Source: Chiloscyllium plagiosum (Eukaryota). Taken from it: DNA of 64,000 nucleotides. The notes under the pieces are model-generated. The model was not told where the DNA came from. It did no database searches and saw nothing but the letters and a program-made list of their open reading frames with translations. A program made the position numbers and the translations under genes. The stretch spans positions 81,428,696-81,492,695 of the forward strand of contig NC_057712.1 in NCBI RefSeq assembly GCF_004010195.1, in the 5' to 3' direction. This document shows, in pieces, positions 37,818-49,565 of this stretch (position 1 is the first letter of the stretch; every line of letters begins with the position of its first letter).

Positions 37818-38650
37818 AAAATGATCCAGTCCTCAGTATCATCACTACTGATTGAAATAATCCAGTCATCGGCACCAACACTACGGATCAAAATGATCCA
37901 GTCTTTGGTACCATCACAACTGATTAAAATGATCAGTCCTCAATACAATCACGGCTGATCAAAATGATCCAGTCCTCTGCACCATCAACTACTGATCGAA
38001 ATGATCCAGTCCTCGGTACGTTCACTACTCATCGAAACGATCCAGTCCTCAGCACCATCACTATGGATCGAAATGATCCAGTCTTTGGTACCATTACAAC
38101 CTATTGAAATGATCCAGTCCTCTGCACCATCACTCCTGATCAAAATGATCCAGTCCTCAGTACCATAACTACAGATCGAAATGATTCAGCCCTCTGCACT
38201 ATCGCGACTGATCAAAACGATCCAGAACTCAACACCATCACTACTGATCAAAATGATGCAGCCCTCAGCACCATCATTACTGATCAAAAGGATCCAGTCC
38301 TCTGCACCATCACTACTGATCGAAATGATCCAGTCCTAAATACCATCACTACTGATCGAAATAATCTAGTCCTCGGTACGATCACTACTTATCAAAATGA
38401 TCCAGCCCCCAGTTCCATCACTACTGATCGAAATGCTCCATTCCTCGGTACGTTCACTACTGATCAAAATGATCCAGTCCTCAGTACCATCGCTACTGAT
38501 CTAAGCGATCCAGTCCTCGGCACCATCACTATGGATCGAAACGATCCAGTCTTTGTTACCATTACAACCAATCGAAATGATCCAGTCCTCTGCACCATCA
38601 CTCCTGATCAAAATGATCCAGTCCTCAGTACCATAACTACAGATCGAAAT

Positions 38651-39091
38651 GAGGTAAAAACAATGACTGCAGTTGCTGGAAACCAGATAACTGGATCAGT
38701 GGTGCTGGAAGAGCACAGCAGTTCAGGCAGCATCCAACGAGCAGCGAAATCAACGTTTCGGGCAAAAGCCCTTCATCAGGAATAAAGGCAGTGAGCCTGA
38801 AGCATGGAGAGATAAGCTAGGGGAGGGTGGGGGTGGGGAGAGAGTAGCATAGAGTACAATGGGTGAGCGGGGGAGGAGATGAAGGTGATAGGTCAGGGAG
38901 GAGAGGGTGGAGTGGATAGGTGGAAAAGGAGCTAGGCAGGTCGGACAAGTCAGGACAAGTCATGGGGACAGTGTTGAGCTGGAAGTTTGAAACTAGGATG
39001 AAGTGGGGGAAGGGGAAATGAGGAAGCTGTTGAAGTCCACATTGATGCCCTGGGGTTGAAGTGTTCCGAGGCGGAAGATGAGTCGTTCTTC
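38651..39091 (-). mobile_element. 5'-truncated Penelope-like element: end of GIY-YIG endonuclease, pyrimidine-rich UTR and pLTR
   Basis: Minus strand EERLIFRLGTLQPQGINVDFNSF fits the Penelope endonuclease C-terminal E..I..L.T..P.G.N motif, followed by a C/T-rich tract, the hammerhead motif and the GGATGCTGCCTGAACTGCTGTGCTCTTCCAGCA tail. Confidence 0.85.
38748..38783 (-). ncRNA. Minimal type I hammerhead ribozyme motif
   Basis: Minus strand AUUC CUGAUGA A GGGC-UUUU-GCCC GAA ACGU U GAUU. Canonical CUGAUGA/GAAA core, palindromic ACGU stem III, cleavage triplet GUU, weak stem I. Confidence 0.7.
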
Positions 39092-42000
39092 CCCAGTACG
39101 ATCACTACTCATCAAAATGATCCAGTCCTCAGTACCATCACAACTGATCGAAATGATCAGTCCTCGGTACAATCACGACTCATCAAAATGATCCAGTCCT
39201 CTGCAACATCACTACTGATCGAAATCATCCAGTCCGAGGTATGATCACTACCCATCAAAATAATCCAGACCTCGGTACCATCACTACTGATCGAAATGTT
39301 CCAGTCCTAAATACCATCACAACTGATCGAAATGATCCAGTCCTCGGTACGAGCGCTACTCATCGAAATGATCCAGTCCTTTGCACCATGACGACAGATT
39401 GAAACAATTAAGCCCTCCTTACCATCACTACTGATCGAGTTGATCCAGTCCTTGGCACCATCACTACTGGTCCAAATGATGCAGTCTTCTTTACCATCAC
39501 TACTCATCGAAATGATCCAGTCCTCTGCATCATCAATACTGATCCAAATGTTCCAGTCCTCGGCACCATCACTACTGATCGAAATGATCCAGTCCTCAGA
39601 CCATCACAACTAATCGAAATGATCCAGTCCTAGGTACGATCACTACTCATCAAAATCAACCAGTCTTCGGTACCATCATTCTGATCGAAATGATCCAGTC
39701 CTAAATACCGTCACTACTGATCTAAATGATCCAGTCCTCAGCACCAGCAGTATTGACCCAAATGATGCAGTCTTCAGTACCATCACTACTCATCGAAATG
39801 ATCCAGTCCTCTGCACCATCAATACCGATCGAAATGATCCAGTCCTCGTTACGATCACTACTCATCAAAATGATCCAGTCCTCTGTAACATCACTACTGA
39901 TCGAAATGATCCAGTCCTCTGCACCATCACTACTGATTGAAATGATCGAGCCCTTGCTGCCATCGGTACCAATACTTCTGATCAAAATGATCCAGTCCTC
40001 TGCATCATCAATACTGATTGAAATGATCCAGTCCTCGGCACCATCAGTACTGATCCAAATGATGCAGTCTTCGGTAACATCAGTACTCATCGAAATGATC
40101 CAGTCTTCTGCACCATCGATACTGATCGAAACGTTCCAGTCCTCGGCACCCTCAGTACTGATCAGTATCATCCAGTCTTTTGCAACATCAGTACTGATCA
40201 AAATGATCCAGTTCTCAGCACCATCAGTACTGATCAAAATGATCCAGTCTTCGGCACCATCAGTACTGATCGAAATGATCCAGTCCGCGGAACCTTCATT
40301 GCTGATCGAAATGATCCAGTACGTGGAACCATCACTACTGATCGAAATGATCAAGTTTTTGCTACCATCACTACTGATCGAAAGGATCCAGTCCTCTGCA
40401 ACATCACTATTGATCGAAATGATCCAGTCCTCAGTGCGATGAATATAATCAAAATGATCCAGTGCTAAGTACCATCTCTACTAGTCGAAATGATCCAGCC
40501 CTCAGCATCAACACTGCTGATCGAAATGATCCAGTCCTCTGCACCATCGCTACTGATCAGATGGTCCAGTCCTCAGTACAATCATGACTGATCGAAATGA
40601 TCCAGTATTCGATACCATCACTACTCATCGAAATGATCCAGTCCTCGGTACAATCACGACTGATTGAAATAATCCAGTCCTTGCTACCATCACTACTGAT
40701 CAAAATTAACCAGTCCTCATTATCATCACGATTGATTGAAATGATCCAGTCCTCAGCATCATCCTACTCATCGATATGATCCAGTCCTCAGTACAATCAC
40801 GACTGATTGAAATGATCACTCCTCAGTACAATCACGACTGATCGAAATGATCCAATCCTCGACACAAACTACTGATCGAAATGATCCAGTCCTCGATACG
40901 ATAACTTCTCATCGAAATGATCCAGTCCTCAGTACCATCACTACTGATCAAAATGATCCAGTCCTCAGTACCATCACTACTGATCAAAATGATCCAGTCC
41001 TCGATACCATCACTATGGATCGAAATGATTCAGTCTTTGGTACCGTCAGTACCGATTGAAATGATCCAGTCCTCTGCACCATCACTACTGATCGAAATGA
41101 TTAGGTCTCGGTACAATCACGACTGATCGAAATGATCCAGTCATCAGCATCATCACGACTGATCGAAATGATCCAGTCCTCTGCACCATCAGTACTGATC
41201 AAAATAATCCAGTCCTCAGCACCATCAGAATTGATCATAATAATCCAGTCCTCAGCACCATCAGAATTGATCATAATGATCCAGTCCTCAGCACCATCAC
41301 TACTCATCGAAATGATCCAGTCCTCTGTAACATCACTACTGATCGAAATGATCCAGTCCTCTGCACCATCACTACTGATCGAAATGATTGAGCCCTTGCT
41401 ACCATCAGTACCATCAAAACTCATCGAAATGACCAGTCCTCTGCATCATCAATACTGACCCAAATGTTCCAGTCCTTGGCACCATCACAACTGATTGAAA
41501 TGATCCAGTCCTAGGTACGATCACTACTCATCAAAATGATCCAGTCTTCGATACCATCACAACTGATCAAAATGATCCAGTCCTAGGTATGATTACTACT
41601 CATCAAAATGATCCAGTCCTCGGCACCATCAATACTGATCGAAAATATGCAGTCCTCAGTACCATCACTACGGATCAAAATGATCCAGCCCTCTGCACCA
41701 CCGCGACTGTTCAAAATGATCAGTCCCTGGTACAATCACGACTGATCAAAATGATCCGGTCCTCGGCACCATCACTACTGACATCACTACTGATCGAAAT
41801 GATCCAGTCCTCTGCACCATCACTACTGATCGAAATGATCCAGTCCTCTGCACCATCACTACTGATCGAAATGATCCAGTCCTCTGCACCATCACTACTG
41901 ATCGAAATGATCCAGTCCTCTGCACCATCACTACTGATCGAAATGATCCAGTCCTCTGCACCATCACTACTGATCGAAATGATCCAGTCCTCTGCACCAT

Positions 42001-45000
42001 CACTACTGATCGAAATGATCCAGTCCTCTGCACCATCACTACTGATCGAAATGATCCAGTCCTCTGCACCATCACTACTGATCGAAATGATCCAGTCCTC
42101 TGCACCATCACTACTGATCGAAATGATCCAGTCCTCTGCACCATCAGTACTGATCAAAATAATCCAGTCCTCTGCACCATCAGAATTGATCATAATGATC
42201 CAGTCCTCAGCACCATCACTACTGATCGAAATGATCCAGTCCTCAGCACCATCACTACTGATCGAAATGATTAGATCTCGGTACAATCACGACTGATCGA
42301 AATGATCCAGTCCTCTGCACCATCAGTACTGATCAAAATAATCCAGTCCTCTGCACCATCAGAATTGATCATAATGATCCAGTCCTCAGCACCATCACTA
42401 CTGATCGAAATGATCCAGTCCTCTGTAACATCACTACTGATCGAAATGATCCAGTCCTCTGCACCATCATTACTGATCGAAATGATCCAGTCCTCTGCAC
42501 CATCATTACTGATCGAAATGATTGAGCCCTTGCTACCATCAGTACCATCACTACTCATCGAAATGACCAGTCCTCTGCATCATCAATACTGACCCAAATG
42601 TTCCAGTCCTTGGCACCATCACAACTGATTGAAATGATCCAGTCCTAGGTACGATCACTACTCATCAAAATGATCCAATCTTCAGTACCATCATTACTGA
42701 TCGAAATGATGCAGTCCTCGTACCATCACAACTAATCGAAATGATCCAGTCTTAGGTACAATCACTACTCATCAAAATGATCCAGTCTTCGGTACCATCA
42801 ATACTGATCGAAATGGTCCAGTCCTCGGCACGATCAGTACTGATCGAAATGATCACTCCTCAGTACAATCATGACTGATCAAAATGATCCAATCCTTGGC
42901 ACCATCACTACTGATCGAAATGATCCAGTCCTCAGTACGATCACTTCTCATCGAAATGATCCAGTCCTCAGTACCATCACTACTGATTGAAATGATCCAG
43001 TCCTCGGTACAATCAACACTCATCGAAGTGATCCAGTCCTCTGCACCATCACTACTGATCGAAATGATCGAGCCCTTGGTACCATTGGTACCATCACCAC
43101 AGATCAAAATGATCCAGTCCTCTGCACCATCACTACTGATCAAAATGATCCAGTCTTCGGCACCGTCAGTATTGATCCAAATGATGCAGTCTTCAGTACC
43201 ATCACTACTCATCGAAATGATCCAGTCCTCTGCACCATCAATACTGATCGAAATGACCCAGTCCTTGGCACCATCAGTACTGATCGAAATGATCCAGTCT
43301 TCGGCACCGTCAGTACTGATCCAAATGATGCAGTCTTCGGTACCATCACTACTCATTGAAATGATCCAGTCCTCTGCACCATCAATACTGATCCAAATGT
43401 TCCAGTCGTCGGCACCATCACAACTGGTCGAAATGATCCAGTCCTAGGTACAATCACTGCTCAAGATGAACCAGTCTTCGGTACCATTACTGCTGATCGA
43501 AATGATCCAGTCCTAAATACCACCACTACTGATCGAAGTGATCCAGTCCTCTGCACCATCAATACTATGCATCAAAATGATTCAGTCTTCGGTACCATCA
43601 CTACTGAAAGAAATGATCCAGTCCTCTGCATCATCACTACTGATCGAAATGATCCAGTCCTGTGCACCATCAATACTGATCGAAATGATCCAGTCCTCGG
43701 CACCCTCAATACTGATCGAAATGATCCAGTCCTCGGCACCATCAGTACTGATCGAAATGATCCAGTCCTCTGCGCCATCACAACTGATCAAAATGATCCA
43801 GTCCTCTGCACCATCACAACTGATCGAGATGATCACTCCTCAGTACAATCACGACTGATCAAAATGATCCAATCCTCGGCACTACTGATCGAAATGATCC
43901 AGTTCTCGGTACGATCAATTCTCATCGAAATGAACCAGTCCTCTGCACCATCACCACTGATCGAAATGACCCAGTCCTCGGTACGATCACTACTCATGAA
44001 AATGATCCAGTCCTCGGCACCATCAGTACTGATCGAAATGATCCAGTCAACGGCACCATTATTACTGATTGAAATGATCCAGTCCTTTGCATCATCAATA
44101 CTGATCAAAATGATCCAATCCTTGGTTCCATCATTACTCTTCGAAATGATCCAGTCCTCCTTACAATCGCTACTGATCGAAATGATCCAGTCTTCGGTAT
44201 GATCACTACTGATCAAAATGATCCTGTCCTTGGTACCATAATTACTGATCAAAATGATCCAGTCCTTCTTACCATCACTACCGATTGGAATGATTCAGTC
44301 TTCGGTATGATCACTACTGATCAAAATGATCTAGTCCTTGGTACCATCACTACTGATCGAAATGGTCCAGTCCTAAATACCATCACAACGGATTAAAATG
44401 ATCCAGCCCTCCTTACCATCACTACTGATCCAAATGATGCAGTCTTCTGCACCATCAATACTGATCAAAGTGATCCAGTCCTCGGCACCATCAGTACTGA
44501 TCCAAATGATTCAGTCTTCGGTACCATCACTACTCATCGAAATGATCCAGTCCCCTGCACCATCAATACTGATCGAAATGATCCAGTCCTCTACACCATC
44601 ACAACTGATCAAAATCATCCAGTCCTTTGCACCATCAGTACTGATCAAAATGATCCCGTCCTCGGCACCATCTGTACTGATCAAAACGATCCAGTCCACG
44701 GAACCATCAAAGCTGATCGAAATGATCAAGTCATTGCTACCATCAGTACTGCTCAAAATGATCCGGTCCTCGGCATCATCAGTACTGATCGAAATGTTCC
44801 GGTTCGCAGCACCATCACTACTGATCGAAATGATTGAGTCGTTGCTACCATCAGTACTGATCAAAATGATCCAGTCCTGGGCATCATCAGTACTGATCGA
44901 AATGATCCAGGCCACGGAACCTTCAGTGCTGATCGAAATGATCCAGTCCGCGGAACCATCACTACTCATCGAAATGATCCAGTCCCCTGCACCATCAATA

Positions 45001-48000
45001 CTGATCGAAATGATCCAGTCCTCTACACCATCACAACTGATCAAAATCATCCAGTCCTTTGCACCATCAGTACTGATCAAAATGATCCCGTCCTCGGCAC
45101 CATCTGTACTGATCAAAACGATCCAGTCCACGGAACCATCAAAGCTGATCGAAATGATCAAGTCATTGCTACCATCAGTACTGCTCAAAATGATCCGGTC
45201 CTCGGCATCATCAGTACTGATCGAAATGTTCCGGTTCTCGGCACCATCACTACTGATCGAAATGATTGAGTCGTTGCTACCATCAGTACTGATCGAAATG
45301 ATCCAGTCCTGGGCATCATCAGTACTGATCGAAATGATCCAGGCCACGGAACCTTCAATGCTGATCGAAATGATCCAGTCCGCGGAACCATCACTACTCA
45401 TCGAAATGATCCAGTCCCCTGCACCATCAATACTGATCGAAATGATCCAGTCCTCTACACCATCACAACTGATCAAAATCATCCAGTCCTTTGCACCATC
45501 AGTACTGATCAAAATGATCCAGTCCTCAGCACCATCAGTACTGATCAAAACGATCCAGTCCACGGAACCATCACTGCCGATTGAAATGATCGAGTCATTG
45601 CTACCTCTGATCAAAATGATCCGATCCTCGGCATCATCAGTACTGATCGAAATGTTCCGGTTCTCGGCACCATCACTACTGATCGAAATGATTGAGTCGT
45701 TGCTACCATCAGTACTGATCGAAATGATCCAGTCCTGGGCATCATCAGTACTGATCGAAATGCTCCAGGCCACGGAACCTTCAGTGCTGATCGAAATGAT
45801 CCAGTCCGCGGAACCATCACTACTCATCGAAATGATCCAGTCCTCTGCATCATCAATGCTGATCCAAATGTTCCAGTCCTCGGCACCATCACAACTGATC
45901 GTAATGATCCAGTCCTAGGTACGATCACTACTCATCAAAATGATCCAGTCTTCAGTACCATCACTACTGATTGAAATGATCCAGTCCTAAATACTATCAC
46001 TACTGATCAAAACGATCCAGTCCTAAATACTATCATTACTGATCGAAATGATCCAGTCCTCGGTACGATCACTACTGATCGAAATGATCCAGTCCTCGGT
46101 ACGATCACTACGGATCAAAACGATCCAGTCTTTGATACCATCACTACTGATCGAAATGACACAGTCCTCTGCACCTTCACTCCTGATCAAAATGATCCAG
46201 TTCTCAGTACTATTACTACGGATTGAAATGATCCAGCTCTTTGCACTATTGCGACTGATCAAAATGATCAGTCCTCGGTACAATCACGACTGATCAAAAT
46301 GATCCAGTCCTTGGTATGATCACTAATCATCAAAATGATCCAGTCTTCGGTACCATCACTACTGATCGAAATGATCCAGTCCTAAATACCATCACAACTG
46401 ATCAAAATGATCCAGTCCTCCGTACGATCACTACTGATCGAAATGATCTGGTCCCAAATACCATCACAACTGATCAAAATGACCCAGTCCTCGGTACGAT
46501 CACTACTCATCGAAATAATCCAGTCCTCGGTACGATCACTACTCATCAAAATAATCCAGTCCTCGGTACGATCACTACTCATCGAAATAATCCAGTCCTC
46601 GGTACGATCACTAATCATCGAAATGATCCGGTCCTCGGCACCATCACTACGGATCGAAACGATCCAGTCTTTGATACCATCACTACTGATCGAAATGACA
46701 CAGTCCTCTGCACCTTCACTCCTGATCAAAATGATCCAGTTCTCAGTACTATTACTACGGATTGAAATGATCCAGCTCTTTGCACTATTGCGACTGATCA
46801 AAATGATCAGTCCTCGGTACAATCACGACTGATCAAAATGATCCAGTCCTTGGTATGATCACTACTCATCAAAATGATCCAGTCTTCGGTACCATCACCA
46901 CTGATCGAAATGATCCAGTCCTAAATACCATCACAACTGATCAAAATGATCCAGTCCTAAATACCATCACAACTGATCAAAATGATCCAGTCCTCCGTAC
47001 GATCACTACTGATCGAAATGATCTGGTCCTAAATACCATCACAACTGATCAAAATGACCCAGTCCTCGGTACGATCACTACTCATCGAAATAATCCAGTC
47101 CTCGGTACGATCACTACTCATCGAAATGATCCAGTCCTCTGCACCATCACTACCGATTGAAATGATCCAGTCGTCAGCACCATCACAACTGATCAAAATC
47201 ATCCAGTCCTTTGCACCATCACTACTGATCGAAATGATCCAGTCCTCAGCACCATCACTACTGATCGAAATGATCCAGTCCTCTGCACCATCATTACTGA
47301 TTGAAATGATTGGGCTCTTGGTACCATCGGTACCATCACTACTCATCGAAATGATCCAGTCCTCTGCATCATCAATACTGATCCAAATGTTTCAGTCCTC
47401 GGCACCATCACAACTGATTGAAATGATCCAGTCCTATGTACGATCACTACTCATCAAAATGATCCAATCTTCGGTACCATCACTACTGATCGTAATGATC
47501 CAGTCCTCGTACCATCACAACTGATCGAAATGATCCAGTCCTAGGTACGATCACTACTCATCAAAATGATCCAGTCTTCGGTACCATCACAACTAATCGA
47601 AATGATCCAGTCCTAGGTACGATCACTACTCATCAAAATGATCCAGTCCTCGGCACCATCAATACTGATCGAAACAATCCATTCCTCAGTACCATCACTA
47701 CGGATCGAAATGATCCAGTCCCCTGCACCATCTCTACTGATCAAAATGATCCAGCCTCAGTACCATCATTACTGATCAAAAGGATCCAGTCCTCAGCATC
47801 CTCACGACTAATCAAAATGATCCAGTCCTTGGTACCATCACTACGGATCGAAATGATCCAGCCCTCGGCACCATTATTACTGATTGAAATGATCCAGTCC
47901 TTTGCATCATCAATACTGATCAAAATGATCCAGTCCTTTGCACCATGATGACGGATCGTAATGATCCAGCTCTCCTTACCATCACTACTGATCCAAATGA

Positions 48001-48728
48001 TCCAGTCCTCTGTACCATCAATACTGATCGAAGTGATCCAGTCCTCTGCACCATCAATACTGATCCAAATGATACAGTCCTCTGCACCATCAATACTGAT
48101 TGAAGTGATCCAGTCCTCTGCACCATCAAAACTGATCCAAATGATCCAGTCCTCTGCACCATCAATACTGATCAAAATGATCCAGTCCTCAGCACCATCA
48201 GTACTGATCAAAATGATCCAGTCCTCAGCACCATCAGTACTGATCAAAATGATCCAGTCCTTAGTACCATCACTACTGATTGAAATGATCCAGTCCTCAG
48301 TGTGATGACTACGATCAAAATGATCCACTCCTTGACACCATCACTACAGATCAAAATGATCCAGTCCTCTCCACCATCACTACAGATCGAAATGATCCAG
48401 TCCTTTGCACCATGACGACTAATCGAAATGATCCAGTCCTTGGTACCATCATTACCGATCGAAATGATCCAATCCTCTGTTACATCACTACTGATCGAAA
48501 TGATCCAGTCCTCGGCATCAACACTACGGATCGAAATGATCCAGTCCTTGGTACCATCACTACTGATCAAAATGATCCAGTCCTCGGTACCATCACTACT
48601 GATCGAAATGATCCAGTCCTCTCCATCATCAATACTGATCAAAAGCATCCAGTTCTCAGTACCATTACTACTGATCGAAATGATCCAATCCTCAGTAGGA
48701 TCACGACTGATCAAAATGATCCATCCTA

Positions 48729-49565
48729 AAGTTAATTGCTCGTAGACTGCAGCAGGTAGTCATTGGACCAACAAGAGCGAGAATACTACTTGATCTCATC
48801 CTCAGCAATCTACTTGTGACAGATGTCTCCATTATGACAGTGTTGCTATTTATTTTCATAAGTCACATTTCGCTTGGTTGATTGATTTAAGTTCCCAAAT
48901 TGGACAGTTATGGCAGATTGCATTATGAAACAGTGACTATTTTTGCAAAAGAAAATTAGTCACCAGTGAATATTGGACTGAATTTTAAGATGTTGTCCTG
49001 TGGCTCCAATTATTTGATGAATCACTTTGCAAAGTGATCATTACATTGTGGAAACAACATCCAATTTTCACACTGACGATACCCTCCATCCTGTTCCGAG
49101 GCGCTATCACTGTCCCAAATGGCATATATTTTGAATATATCCAGAACTCAAAACTACGCATCCATGAGCTGCTGTAGACTACCAGCAGCAGAAGAAATGT
49201 ATTCAACTATAGTCTGTAACCACATGGCCAGGGCGTATCGCCCTCTCCAATTACCATCATGCCAGAGCATCTACCTGAAAAATGCAGGAGAGCATGCTAA
49301 GAGTACAACTGCAAGAAGCAGCACCAGGCATACATAAAAATGAGGAGTCAACCAAGGGAAGATACAAACACTACTGCATGTGGAATAGGCCAACCGCCTA
49401 TAGTTGCTTCATTAATGATCTTTCCTCCAATGCCAGATCAGATACAGGGATGTTTGTAGACAAATGCAAATGTTCAGTAACATTTGCAACTCTTCAGATT
49501 TTAACGAAATATGGAAAATATATCCAGGCTTGGGTTGCTATTTGGTAAGTAGAATTTGCACCAAT
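48729..49565 (+). mobile_element. CR1-clade LINE ORF2 continuing right of the array (endonuclease end, linker, RT piece; deleted and interrupted)
   Basis: KLIARRLQQVVIGPTRARILLDLILSNLLVTDVS immediately after the last unit, then IVETTSNFHTDDTLH..RYHCPKW, QNYASMSCCRLPAAEEMYSTIVCNHMAR, QEAAPG/HQAYIKMRSQP, SCFINDLSSNARSDTGMFVD and IQAWVAIW. Confidence 0.85.

Larger units (their letters stand above)
35502..48728. repeat. 13.2-kb tandem array of a 36-bp unit (~350 copies), consensus ATCACTACTGATCGAAATGATCCAGTCCTC(T/A/G)GCACC
   Basis: Direct 36-bp periodicity and 12-aa periodic ORFs (MIQSSAPSLLIE, ITTDRNDPVLCT, WIISISSDGAED, GSFRSVVMVQRT). Interrupted at 35803-35938, 37711-37817 and 38651-39091. 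Confidence 0.98.

Noticed and set aside
41783-41818. The array unit as a hammerhead ribozyme (CTGATCGAAA resembles CUGANGA...GAAA)
   Set aside because: There is no separate GA plus stem II between the boxes, so the core cannot form. The LINE origin explains the sequence.
35502-48728. CRISPR array (36-bp period, hairpin repeat, variable linker)
   Set aside because: The linkers are ~15-nt point variants of one sequence, not unique spacers. There are no cas genes, the context is vertebrate, and the unit is continuous with LINE coding sequence.
35385-48745. Dozens of ORFs with 12-aa repeats as real genes
   Set aside because: They are a by-product of a stop-free 36-bp unit. They occur in four frames on both strands and are broken by 35-bp units and insertions.
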